The notes beneath the pieces were generated by a model. It made no database searches. It was given only the letters and a program-made list of their open reading frames with translations, and was not told where the DNA came from. A stretch of DNA of 63,122 nucleotides, filler included, from Babesia bigemina (taxonomy: Eukaryota): the NCBI RefSeq assembly GCF_000981445.1. It is 7 parts of 7 records of this genome, joined end to end, with 100 filler letters (N's around TTAATTAATTAA, not from the genome) between each part and the next. Parts side by side here need not be neighbours in the genome. Positions count along the whole stretch, not along the records: positions 40,918 to 52,146 come from NW_012237011.1; positions 52,247 to 63,122 come from NW_012237012.1; 5 more parts are not named here. One strand, 5' to 3'. Shown piece after piece: positions 41,668 to 53,090 of the stretch. The position numbers were made by a program, and so were the translations under genes. Every line of letters starts with the position of its first letter. Position 1 is the stretch's first letter.

Positions 41668-44600
41668 ATGGGATTTTTGGTTAGTTGCCTTGAGGGAAGT
41701 AAAGACTTGTTAACGCATTATAATGACGAAATGCCAAGCATAATTGAAGCTTTAAAATCCTCGATAGGCAAGGGACTTGGCGTTTCGGGATTTGCCTATG
41801 CCATTGGGAAGGTTAAGAGCGGGCTGCAGGAGTATGAGAGAGGATTAGATGCAGAAGTTGAAATCGTTAAAAACGCATTTAAGCAACTTACGGAGAGCAT
41901 TAAAACCGCCAAATCAGAATTTAATAACCCAATCTCGAAGCCTCTTACTCAACAATTGTCAGACGCTTCCACGAGGGGGAAATTCATTACTGCTAGAGCG
42001 AATAATGTCGACGAAGCCGTTAAAAAGCTCGATGAACATCTAAAAGGTATGTTAACATGTAACGTTAAATTGCTCTTGCAGGCAGTGGAGGGTTTTCATA
42101 GGGTGACGGAAGACGTTGAGGTGAAGCACTTTGCTCGGGCCATGGACACCGCCCTTGTGAGTCAGAAACAAAAACTCAATGGAACTGTTAACATTGGCAT
42201 CACGAATTTACATAAGACATTAGATGTTGAAATAGGAAAAGTTGGAGATAAGATTAAAATTATGGGTCAACAAAAAGATGCGCAGTTAAAGCTGGTGACG
42301 GAAGCGATTGAGTCAGCTGTGTATAACGTCGAAGATTTGCTGGATGCGTTTACGGAATGTAGAAATGATATGAAAGAATTGTTTGTCAGACTACGCAATG
42401 AGACGACGGAGATTAATCCTACACGTGGAGATAAATCTAATCTCAGACTTCAGTTTGACCAGATGGCAGGGGCAGTTACAGAGATGGGAACGGCATACAG
42501 TAGGAAACTGCTGTCTGTTAAAACACAAGTAGACGTGGCGGTTAGTCGTGCATTAGAGTATATCACCCAGGTTGAGACAGCCATTAAAAGTGATTTGACA
42601 AGACTCAAAACCGAGACCGTTAAGAATGCCATCATAGAATTTGCAGAAAAGTTGAATAGATCCGATTTCGGAAAAGCCGCTAACGGGCACAGTGGCTTTG
42701 CTATTGATATAAGCAGTCTTTCGGAACTTGTGGGCACCGATTTAAGTCGGTGGCTCACCGCGGCTGTAGCGGAAGGTCTCGAGAATGTCAAAACCCGGTA
42801 TGGAGAAAAATTGAGAAAGCAGCGTAATGACGATTCTGCAGTTAAAACATTATTAAACGCCATTGATGGTCTCAAAGATAGACTTCGAGTTAATGGTGTC
42901 TCAACACAAGTCATTTCCGGGTTCACCGCTATAGGAAACAGCATTGTTCAAAATGTAAACGACGCAATGGGAGATATTGAAACAATGTTTGACAAAATAA
43001 TGGCTGATTACCATGAACAGACGAAACAAGGTTCGATGCAAAAGGAGAACGGCGTCTTTAGGAATATGATCGATGGAATAAAGGTCCACGTAAGCTACAC
43101 CAGTAGGGGCCCCGACGGCGAAGTAATTGACACTACCAAAATGGGAGATTACGACACGGATAAAAGGCTTTATGATGCTGCACAAGCAGCAATGGGGTAC
43201 ATCATACCTATGCTGGAGAGAATTCCCAAGGGCGTTGATGATGCCCAGCTAGAGGCAGACGGAAAAATCCAACCGTTAGAACAGCAGTTGCAAACATTGC
43301 TAGGCATTCTGAAATCTATCATTTCGGTCGTAAGCGTTGCCAACGAACAATTAAAGTCAGCCATAGATGCCATTTATGACGCTCTGTCTAATGCCCGCAA
43401 AACATTTAAACACGCCCTTAATAATCTGAGGACTACATCGATTGCAAACATAGATTCCGCCTTCTCCGCCCTCACCCACCAAGTCCAATCCCTCTTCGCG
43501 AAGCAGAAGCAGGCCGAGCTCGCCGCGCTGGAGAGCGTTGTCACGCAGCAGTTGCAGGAGATTGAGAGGGTTATTCAGGCAGATAGGGGGAGCGGGTTGA
43601 AGGGTTTCTTGAGCAGATTGAACAGCGGTATTAACGACCTGTTGGATAATCCTGTACCGACGCCTCTCAAACATAGCGATTTACCTATTCTGTCTAACAA
43701 AGTCAAAACGAATATTCAAGACCTTCTAGACTATGTCTTTGAAGAGGTCCAAAAATCCTCCGCCTCTAAAATGCTCGATTCATATCCCGACGTTGTACAG
43801 GACATTAGTGATAAGATTAGTACCTTGCTGACCGATCTCACGCATTTCAATAAAACATTCACCGACGACTTGTACGCACTTAAACAGTCACACGGCGGCC
43901 TTACTCCCGAACAGTTTGACGGCAACAACAACAAATTGCTTGATCTTATTAGACGCGGTGTGCAAAGCTTCATCGAGCAGTTGGACTATGCGTATGTCAA
44001 CAGTTACAGCGGCCAGCGTTGGGAGATGTATAAGGACGATGACACGAAATGTGCCAAAGTGTTTTGTACAGTTTCCCCGATGTTATTCGATCACCTAACT
44101 GACTTGAGGAGAAGGTGTAAGCCAGGGGGTAGATGGACCAAATATAATATTAATCTACATGAGGTCCTTAAGCCGCACTCAACAACAGATAAAATAACTA
44201 ATCCACTCGGATCCTATTTCAGGGATTGCGGTTATCACGTGTCCGCTGAAGCTGATTCACATGAAGGGGATTTGAGAAATAAGGAGGCGTGCAAGGGTAA
44301 CAACATTTACGAGTTTCTCACCAGGGAAACCACTAATGACCAGAAGCTTGTCAGAGAACACGACGAGAAAGATGATGAATCCAGCAAGCATAAGCATAGC
44401 ATTCTCAAGAAGCTTTGCGACTACGTTAACGTGTACTATCGTGTCAGCCACTACGCCACTCTCACGTCAACCAAGCATCCATCGTCTGCCTACCAAATGC
44501 TGTACTGGCTGACTGGGCTCCCGCATAGTCCAGTGTACAACGCGCTGTCACATGAAGGCTTCAGTGGTCTCTTCGAGAAAAAGGACGAAGAAGAGACGGC

Positions 44601-46269
44601 CACTGGAGATGGAAGCATCGTTCTCAAATTCGAAGACGATGACAAGTTGCCGGCGTATCCGAATGACATCACTGCGAACAATATGAGAGGCGTACTAGCA
44701 GAAGTCTGCCACCACGCCGAGGAAACGCTCATCTCCTTCCTGGGCCACGGACACTCGGGTGGCATCTACGCCTGCGAATTTAATACGAATTCCATCAAGT
44801 TAACGTACCCAAGTGATCCTAGTAAATGTGTTGACTTACTCATAGAAATATCGAACAGGCTGTATCATCAACTATGCTTCTTACATAATCAGTGTACGTA
44901 CGAGAGCGACCTCAGTGGCTGGGCAGACTGCTGGTATGGAAGAGACATCGGAGGCTCAGAGTGGAGGTGCAATAGCCTTCAATGTCCAAAGCAAACTGCT
45001 GACCAAAAGCACAACCAAACATGTGACCAAAAGTGCAACCAAAGTGCTGGGTGCGGCCTTAAATCACCACTTCAATCCTTCTTGGAAGACGGCCTCCCTG
45101 GCTTTTTGCCTCATCCATATAACAAGGCTGATTGCAAAATGGGTTGCTCACTCTCAAACCACAGCGGAATACCGTGCAAAACTCCGATGGGTTTCGTGGA
45201 CATTTCCACAATGGCGTCGCACACCCAGAGAGGTGCACGTATCTACAGCGTACTTGATGATTTCTGTGGCAGTGACGATTCGCCACTAACCACGCTCTGC
45301 GCTTACTTTGCGTGCTTATTGGCCACCCCGCCTAAGACGCTTGGTGACATGTTCGCATTTTATTACAACTTCTTGAATGATTGGTGTGGCACGAATCCTG
45401 AACGCACAAGGCTTCGGGAATTGCCGTATGCCGACGCTGTAAAAGATGCTAATTTCAAAAATGACGACAACAGATTGGACATTACGTCAATGTTCAAGAG
45501 CGCTTCCCATGAATATGTCCCTGCCTCTACCCATATGAAGGGTGACCTTTTCACTCTTGTTGGTTGCAACCCGAAACATGTTCCAACATTACCTTGTGGA
45601 CCTTACTTGCAGCCGTTGTCATTATCTATCCCCTCCATGTTCTCTGAGACGAACGCCGATAAATATTTGTCCTGGATCGTTTATTTGACCGAAACGTTCT
45701 ATGACTTGCTGTCTAAGTTACTGGCTGATTGTAAGAGCAAATGCGGTTTGCCGCAATCCAGATGCAACCAGTATAGATGCATTAAGAATTGTCCTGCCGC
45801 AACGTCATCTACAAAGACGCCATCCCCGACTCACAGTGCAGGATGTAAATCAATTGTACAGTGTAAGTCGGCCCTTCCTAATTTGTACAAATACGGGTTT
45901 CATTTCGGCAGTGCAACGGTCCTGAACGGTACGTATAAAGATGAAGAAAAAAGGACGTGCAATGATTTTTGCCAAACATTAGAAAGAATTCTCAACAATA
46001 AAAAAACAGACGGGCATGCCCTAGCCGATTTGGTATTCGACAAAATACCAGAATTCCTATGGAAAGTCCGCCAGAGATTCTTCTGGACCACCGTCGCCCT
46101 CTGGCTCCTCTCTTTCCTCTACCTCCTCCACATCATGGTCATCCGCCTCGACCTCCTCCACATCAAATCGCATCTACGTAGTCCCTCGAGTCATAGGATT
46201 GCTGCTCAATCACTACTTGCTGCTGCAAGAGTTGGAAGACTCAGCAAGATATCGTACCTTCAACCATAA
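41668..46269 (+). CDS. ves1: VESA1-like antigen g6 (hybrid B/A tail)
   Basis: MGFLVSCL start after the DLDRLCD motif; SPLQSFLEDGLPGFLPH; TM; ...AARVGRLSKISYLQP. Confidence 0.87.
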   Translation: MGFLVSCLEGSKDLLTHYNDEMPSIIEALKSSIGKGLGVSGFAYAIGKVKSGLQEYERGLDAEVEIVKNAFKQLTESIKTAKSEFNNPISKPLTQQLSDASTRGKFITARANNVDEAVKKLDEHLKGMLTCNVKLLLQAVEGFHRVTEDVEVKHFARAMDTALVSQKQKLNGTVNIGITNLHKTLDVEIGKVGDKIKIMGQQKDAQLKLVTEAIESAVYNVEDLLDAFTECRNDMKELFVRLRNETTEINPTRGDKSNLRLQFDQMAGAVTEMGTAYSRKLLSVKTQVDVAVSRALEYITQVETAIKSDLTRLKTETVKNAIIEFAEKLNRSDFGKAANGHSGFAIDISSLSELVGTDLSRWLTAAVAEGLENVKTRYGEKLRKQRNDDSAVKTLLNAIDGLKDRLRVNGVSTQVISGFTAIGNSIVQNVNDAMGDIETMFDKIMADYHEQTKQGSMQKENGVFRNMIDGIKVHVSYTSRGPDGEVIDTTKMGDYDTDKRLYDAAQAAMGYIIPMLERIPKGVDDAQLEADGKIQPLEQQLQTLLGILKSIISVVSVANEQLKSAIDAIYDALSNARKTFKHALNNLRTTSIANIDSAFSALTHQVQSLFAKQKQAELAALESVVTQQLQEIERVIQADRGSGLKGFLSRLNSGINDLLDNPVPTPLKHSDLPILSNKVKTNIQDLLDYVFEEVQKSSASKMLDSYPDVVQDISDKISTLLTDLTHFNKTFTDDLYALKQSHGGLTPEQFDGNNNKLLDLIRRGVQSFIEQLDYAYVNSYSGQRWEMYKDDDTKCAKVFCTVSPMLFDHLTDLRRRCKPGGRWTKYNINLHEVLKPHSTTDKITNPLGSYFRDCGYHVSAEADSHEGDLRNKEACKGNNIYEFLTRETTNDQKLVREHDEKDDESSKHKHSILKKLCDYVNVYYRVSHYATLTSTKHPSSAYQMLYWLTGLPHSPVYNALSHEGFSGLFEKKDEEETATGDGSIVLKFEDDDKLPAYPNDITANNMRGVLAEVCHHAEETLISFLGHGHSGGIYACEFNTNSIKLTYPSDPSKCVDLLIEISNRLYHQLCFLHNQCTYESDLSGWADCWYGRDIGGSEWRCNSLQCPKQTADQKHNQTCDQKCNQSAGCGLKSPLQSFLEDGLPGFLPHPYNKADCKMGCSLSNHSGIPCKTPMGFVDISTMASHTQRGARIYSVLDDFCGSDDSPLTTLCAYFACLLATPPKTLGDMFAFYYNFLNDWCGTNPERTRLRELPYADAVKDANFKNDDNRLDITSMFKSASHEYVPASTHMKGDLFTLVGCNPKHVPTLPCGPYLQPLSLSIPSMFSETNADKYLSWIVYLTETFYDLLSKLLADCKSKCGLPQSRCNQYRCIKNCPAATSSTKTPSPTHSAGCKSIVQCKSALPNLYKYGFHFGSATVLNGTYKDEEKRTCNDFCQTLERILNNKKTDGHALADLVFDKIPEFLWKVRQRFFWTTVALWLLSFLYLLHIMVIRLDLLHIKSHLRSPSSHRIAAQSLLAAARVGRLSKISYLQP

Positions 46270-46396
46270 TCGTACTCACGTGTCTACTATCTACACTCAC
46301 CTAGCATCTCACCTACTCACCTATACAACTAATTGTTGTCTAATGTTTTGAATCACTCACTCATCGTTGTACGTGATTGCTTGGTAGATTAACTGA

Positions 46397-46721
46397 TGTG
46401 GTGACCAATGTGCTGATCAAAGTGCTGACCAAAATGGTGACCAACGTGTTGACCAACGTGTTGACCAACGTGCTGACCAAAGTGTTGACCAACGTGGTGA
46501 CCAAAGCCATGACCAACGTGGTGACCTATGTGCTGACCAACGTGGTGACCAATGTGATGACCAATATGCTGACCAAGCACCTGACCTAAGTGCTGACCAA
46601 GGTGCTGACCAAAGGCATGCCCAAAGTGGTGACCAAAGGCATGACCAAAGTACTGACCAAAGGCATGACCAAAGTGGTGACCAAAGGCATGACCAAGGTG
46701 CTGACCAATGCCATGACCAAG
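46397..46721 (+). repeat. 12-bp 3' array (GTG(C/T)TGACCAA(A/C)) after g6
   Basis: Tandem 12-mers; VLTN/VLTK periodicity in translation. Confidence 0.95.
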
Positions 46722-46810
46722 TTGATGGTCACGGCAGCGATGACATGGTTACGGCAGCGATGACATGGTCACGGCAGCGATGACATGGTGACCTAAGTGG
46801 TGATTATTAT
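46722..46810 (+). repeat. Adaptor: 20-bp TGGT(C/T)ACGGCAGCGATGACA x3 plus junction
   Basis: Read directly. Confidence 0.9.
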
Positions 46811-47111
46811 CCACTCCACATCGCCCCTTAACCCACTCCACATCGCCCCTTTATCCACTCTCCATCGCCCCTTTATCCACTCTCCATCGCCCCTTTACCC
46901 ACTCTACATCGCCCCTTAATCCACTCTACATCGCCCCTTAATCCACTCTACATCGCCCCTTTATCCACTCTACATCGCTCCCTAATCCACTCTACATCGC
47001 CCCTTTACCCACTCTACATCGCCCCTTTATCCACTCTACATCGCTCCTTTATCCACTCTACATCGCTCCCTTACCCACTCTACATCGCCCCTTTACCCAC
47101 TCCACATCGCT
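46811..47111 (+). repeat. 22-bp satellite S7 (complete, about 14 units) upstream of g7
   Basis: Tandem units bounded on both sides. Confidence 0.97.
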
Positions 47112-47414
47112 CGAATTACCTCGCCATATTACCGCTATGACCTTTATAAACCATCACAATAACTTGTGCCTTGTCACCCTTCACTTCCCTCTTCCACCTC
47201 CTGCCACTGCCCTGACCATGTACCGCCTAGGGAGCTTGGCAAGAAATTTGACAAAATTTAACACCTTAAAAACACCTCAAATAATAACCCTACTAACATC
47301 CTTAATAACCTCTGCACTGGCCTTCAGACTTTCCTCGGCTTCAACTCTGCTTCCAAAGGCTACGACGGCAGTGGGATTGTGTACTCTGACCTTGACAGGC
47401 TGTGTGACGGGGTG

Positions 47415-50400
47415 ATGGGATTTTTGTCTAGTATAATCACTGAAGTAAAAGAAAATCCAAACTTATCATCTTACAAAACAACATTAAATGAAGCAGTAAA
47501 TGAATTAAACAAAAATCTTAATAAAGGCAAAAAAGGTTTGGAGGCTGTGATTGGCCCGGTCAAGGAGGGAATTAAGGGGTGGTTGGGGGAGGTGGAAAAG
47601 AAAAATAATGATGTAACGAAATATATCGATGTTTTAAAAAATGACACGACTAATGCTGCAACCGGTATCGAAAAATGGAAAAATCAAGATTTTGATGAAG
47701 CCTCCAAAAAACATGGTGAGTTGCACAATTGGATCAAATCCATCAAAGAATTATCCAACCAACCGTATTATGCCATTCATGCGGTCGAATACGTCGATGA
47801 AAAACTCAGAAACAATTTACTTCCGCATATCAATTTACTGAATAACGCTATTGACACTTTCAAGCAGAATACGGTTGAGGATTACGATGGACTTCGCACG
47901 GTGTGCGAAAAGGTGGCTGCAAAAAGCAATGAAATTATTGATCAAGCAAACTTAGTCACGAAGACGGCAGAGAAGAAAATTGAATTGATGACTAGTCAGC
48001 TGGATAATACGATCACTGCACTTGATGAGCATGTTCAGAAAGCTGTGGAAGGTCTAGAAAACGCTACTCACGAACTAAACAAATGGTCTGAAAATCAAAC
48101 GGATTCTTCTCTTCATAAAGCTCTTAAGCAATGTGCCGAAGTTGTCAAGGAGCTCGATTATAAGGAAAACAAGAATACGTTTTATATTCAACTTGCTGCC
48201 ATTGACGCTGCGAAAGACGTTGTTGCTGAGGTGCAGGGAACATTGAGCAGCGTTAACAACCGCCTGATGATTTGGATCACAAAGGCGGCATTTTTGGTCA
48301 GCCAGTCCTTGCGTTTTGTTGCTACGATTCTGGATGAATTGAATGGAGAGGACGGTTCACATAATTACGTCAAACAGATTAAGGACGCTGCGGGAAAACT
48401 ATATAAGGATGCATTGAAGTTGAACGGTGCTATGCGTGCGGCGCATAAACATATCAGTGAAAAGGTCCGTGCAGCTTTGGAGGCATTTGGTGAAGTGGAT
48501 AAGGCTGTCAGAAAGGATTTAGCGCAGTTTAGGGATCTTATTAAAGCTGAGGTTGGAGTATATTTCGCTCAATTAGGAGCCGTGGAATATGGTGTGGTTA
48601 AGCAGAGCGGTGATGTAAGTCAGCTGGATCAAAAAGTTGGAGCAAAGTTCAGAGAATGGCTTCGACAAGCATCATCAACCTCAACAGTCATTACTCATAC
48701 GAAAATCCAAACTGATCTGAGGTACCTCAAGAAGTCTTACAACGTCAATGCTAAATCATCAACGCTAGAGGAGATTTCCGCTTTCGCTGCCATGGGGGAG
48801 GACGCCAAGGCGCAGATTGAAAAAGATTACGGCAGCGACATAAAAGATGTACCGAACCCTGAACAAAGAATGGCGTCGTACAATGCACATGATGGAAAGC
48901 AGAAGGTCACCAACGCTTTGGCTGCGATTAAGAGTGATACTAATGGTCTGCTGAAGATTGAAGAAGTGAAAGACGGAGAAGGAACCCGAATAGACATATT
49001 GTCGCTACGTGCATTGCATCAACAAACAGAAACCTCTGTGAAGAACCTAACAGCTCTTATACGAAAGTACGCCGGTGACGAATCTCTAAAAAACGATGGT
49101 GTCCAGCAATACCTGACGAAATGTAGAGAGTTAATTGTCAAACATGAGGACACTATTGAAGTTGAAGGAGTACGTATACCTGGGCTTCAAAAAATAAAAC
49201 AGGATATAAGCGGCCAACAATCCCTTTTGTCTAAATTAATACAACCGGTAGGTGCGGCCGTCGAAGCAATTAAGATGAGTATTACGAAAGCATCCAAAAT
49301 AGTTGATGACGCTACACGGTCCGAAACTATAAAAGGCTATATAACGCAGCTACAAAGTGAGATGCGGGAGTTAAAAAAATCTCTAAATTCGTTAAATGCG
49401 GGAGAGCTGACAAAAGAGATGCAAGCGGTACGTGCCGAATTCGTCAAAACACAAGATAAAATAATTCTCTACATTAAACTTGTCTCTGAACAGTCGAAAT
49501 CACTTGCAATAGAAGCTGCCATTGACATCAAGAAATCCGCCCTCTCCCAGTTCGCCACGTCCAAGGCCGCCGTGCTCCAGAAGCTGAAGCAGTTGGTTGA
49601 GAAGGAGAAGGGAGAGATTGAGAGGATTATTGAAGAGGATTTGGAAAGCGGATTGAAGGGGATGATGAAGAAAATGAAAGAGAAAGAGAGTACGCTTGAA
49701 GCAATTGAACAGCTTGTAACTGTGAGAGCTCCACCACCCCCGACAGTTAAGAGCGATGGCACAAAACTGCGAGAAATGTCTGGGCATTTCAAATCGTATT
49801 ACGACGCAGTGCACAATCATATTAAGACACAAGTTGAAGATCCTCCCAACCAGCCAACCAAAACAGTAACCAACTCCCCACCCACCGACCAACCCACCGA
49901 CCCAGCCACGCAGCTAACCAAAATCAAAACTAACTTCGACAAATTACTTGGACATTTAATTGATGCAAAACAGTCTAAAAAGTATAATTACGATAAAACT
50001 TTCGTTGATTTACTTAATTCCCTCAAAAACGCCACTAACGATTTATCCCCCTCCGCCTTCGCCAACCCCCGGCACCCGGAGCTGCTCGATGCGCTCAAAA
50101 AGGGGCTGGAGGGGTTTGTCGGCGAGATGGAGCGGGTGTATGTGAACGGGTATGATGGAGGTTCTGAGAACGTTTTATTGGTATATGCAAACACCGAAAA
50201 TGTTACAGAAGAAGGAAAAAATTGCGCCAAAATATTTTTGACGGTATTGGAGACACTGTATAATGATATGCTGAAATTAAAAAAAACGTGTGATGATTCT
50301 AATAATAAGCAAAAGCAGATAAATCTGCAACATGGAAATAATCTTGGAGTATTTTTCAATATGCGAGGCTACAAAGTGAGTGCGGATATAACGAAGCAGG

Positions 50401-52146
50401 ATGGTCAGCTGAGGAATAAGCCGGAGTGCACGGGAGCGCAAGTCAGTGATTTATGTCACAATGAAATTACAAGCGCGGCGGAGGGAACCAAAGAGTTAAT
50501 GCAGAAATTCAAACTCCTTACAGACAAGGGTGCCGTGAAACTTATCAATTTACTTGCTTGCCTAAACCACCATATGTCGTATAACTATTACAGGGCTTGC
50601 CATCTCATCAACGCCCAAATTCTAAACCTCCTACGACAATATATCAAATGCTGCAATGGCTGCCAGGACTGATGTTTAATCCGATGTATGGCAAAGTTAC
50701 GAGCTACCTTAAGGAACTCTTCCCCAAACCTAAAGCAGATGAAGACAAGCCGTATGAAGCTATATCCGATACATCACTTAGCCTGGAAGGAACTTCGAGT
50801 CTTACAGCAAAAATACTGAAAGACAGGCTTGGGACGGTTTGTGTATATTCCCATGATACACTTATGGCCATCCTCGGTCACGGCCATTCCAAAGGCCGAT
50901 ATGCCTGTGAATTCTATATTAACGCCGATAATTTAAATTATCCTAGTAATCCAGCTGCGTGCTTTGACATGCTTGTGGATATATTGAATAGGGTGTATCA
51001 CCAATTTCGATTCTTGTATAGTCAGTGTCAAAACGGACCGGAAGCCGGAGGTTGGGGTGACTGTCATTACGGTCAACACGTCGGTGGATCGTCGTGGACC
51101 TGTAATGAAAAGCAGTGTGCCATCCAATTATGTCCCCAGCTGGCTGATCAAAAGGCCAAGCAAACGGCTGACCAAAACGATGACCAAAAGTGCAGCCAAC
51201 ACCCTGTGTGCGGTGTCAAGTCTCCCCTCCAAGCATACCTCGAAGACGGCCTACAAGGTTTCCTCCCTCATCACCTTACTAAGGTGGGATGTGGAGTCAA
51301 GTGCTCAGTAGGCAACCACTTTGGCAGCCGTGTCTAACTCCCATGGGTTTCGCTGACATCGGAATTGCGGCGTCGCATACGAAAAAAGGTAAGTACATAA
51401 AGCAGGCCCTTTCCGGTTTCTGCGCTTACAAATCACCCCTCACTCAACTGTGCGCTCAGCTAAACTGTCTCCTGCGGCGATCACCGCAGACACTTGGTGA
51501 AATGTTCTCTTTCTACCATAAATTCCTTATGAACTGGAACAATGTGGGTAAGGAGCATAAGAAGCAGGCATTTGAATCGGCAGTAAAAGAAGCCAACTTC
51601 GGAAACATAGAAACAACGTTGGATGTTGTTTGCATACAGATGAGCAAGAAGCACGACAGTCACAGTACTGGTATACGCAAGCAACCCAAAGGTGAATTAT
51701 TCAGTCTTATATCCTGTGAGGATGACACAAAACCAGGCTTACCCTGCGGTCCATACTTACAATCAATCAGCGACGATATAACAACGGTCTTCTCTAAGAA
51801 AAACGCTCGCAACTATTTGTCGTGGGTTGTGTACATGACCGAAACCTTTTATGATCTTCTAGCACAGTTGTATAAACAGTGCTGCAATCAGTGTAATAAG
51901 AAGGGTAGCAGATGCTACGACAAGGGCTGTGACAAAGACTGTCAGGTTCGATTCAGCTATGGATATGAGGTGTCCAATGAGCGAGGTTTACCGCAAGGCT
52001 TTGATACTATTAAACACAGAACCTCCTGCAATTCCATAGTTCAGTGCCGCAGTACTCATGCGCTTATATACGCTTGCGGGTTTACGTTCGGCAGCCCATA
52101 TGCATTACGTGGCGTAAATGATAGGAAGTTGAAACGTACATGTGAA
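47415..52146 (+). pseudogene. ves1: VESA1-like gene g7 with 1-bp deletions near 50605 and 51326; 3' end truncated
   Basis: Three consecutive ORFs (47379, 50597, 51289) continue one ves alignment; the leader from ATG 47137 also carries a 1-bp deletion; could be sequencing error. Confidence 0.7.
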
Positions 52147-52246
52147 NNNNNNNNNNNNNNNNNNNNNNNNNNNNNNNNNNNNNNNNNNNNTTAATTAATT
52201 AANNNNNNNNNNNNNNNNNNNNNNNNNNNNNNNNNNNNNNNNNNNN
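52147..52246. other. Artificial contig spacer
   Basis: 44 N + TTAATTAATTAA + 44 N. Confidence 0.98.
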
Positions 52247-52732
52247 AAAGGAGCGATGTAGAGTGGGTAAAGGGGGCGATGTAGAGTGGGTAAAGGAGCG
52301 ATGTGGAGTGGGTAAAGGAGCGATGTGGAGTGGATAAAGGGGCGATGTAGAGTGGGTAAAGGAGCGATGTAGAGTGGGTTAGGGAGCGATGTAGAGTGGG
52401 TAAAGGAGCGATGTAGAGTGGATAAAGGGGCGATGAAGAGTGGGTTAAGGAGCGATGTAGAGTGGGTTAGGGAGCGATGTAGAGTGGGTTAGGGAGCGAT
52501 GTAGAGTGGGTTAGGGAGCGATGTAGAGTGGGTAAAGGAGCGATGTAGAGTGGATAAAGGGGCGATGAAGAGTGGGTTAAGGAGCGATGTAGAGTGGGTT
52601 AAGGGGCGATGTGGAGTGGATAAAGGGGCGATGTGGAGTGGGTTAAGGGGCGATGTAGAGTGGGTTAAGGGGCGATGTGGAGTGGGTTAAGGGGCGATGT
52701 AGAGTGGATAAAGGGGCGATGTGGAGTGGATA
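52247..52732 (-). repeat. 22-bp satellite S8 downstream of g8
   Basis: G-rich units on the + strand. Confidence 0.97.
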
Positions 52733-52965
52733 ATAATCACCACTTAGATCACCACTGTCATCGCTGCCGTAACCATGTCATCGCTGCCGTGACCATGTCA
52801 TCGCTGCCGTGACCATCAACTTGGTCAGCACGTTGGTCAGCACATTGGTCAGCACATTGGTCAGCACTTTGGTCATGGCATTGGTCGGCACGTTGGTCAG
52901 CACCTTGGTCAGCACTTTGGTCAGCACATTGGTCGGCACCTTGGTTAGCACATTGGTCACCACTT
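52733..52965 (-). repeat. 20-bp adaptor repeats plus 12-bp 3' array after g8
   Basis: Reverse complement of the 46397-46810 organisation. Confidence 0.92.
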
Positions 52966-53090
52966 TAGTTAACTATTACACAATCACATACAACGATTAA
53001 TGAGTGATTTAAAACATTAGATTACAATCCGTTAGATAGGTGAGTAGGTGATATGCTAGGTGAGTGTAGACAGTGAACATGTGAGTACGA

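Noticed and set aside
46270..47136. Cassette as a transposable element
   Set aside because: No transposase, reverse transcriptase or integrase ORF, and no terminal repeats or target-site duplications seen
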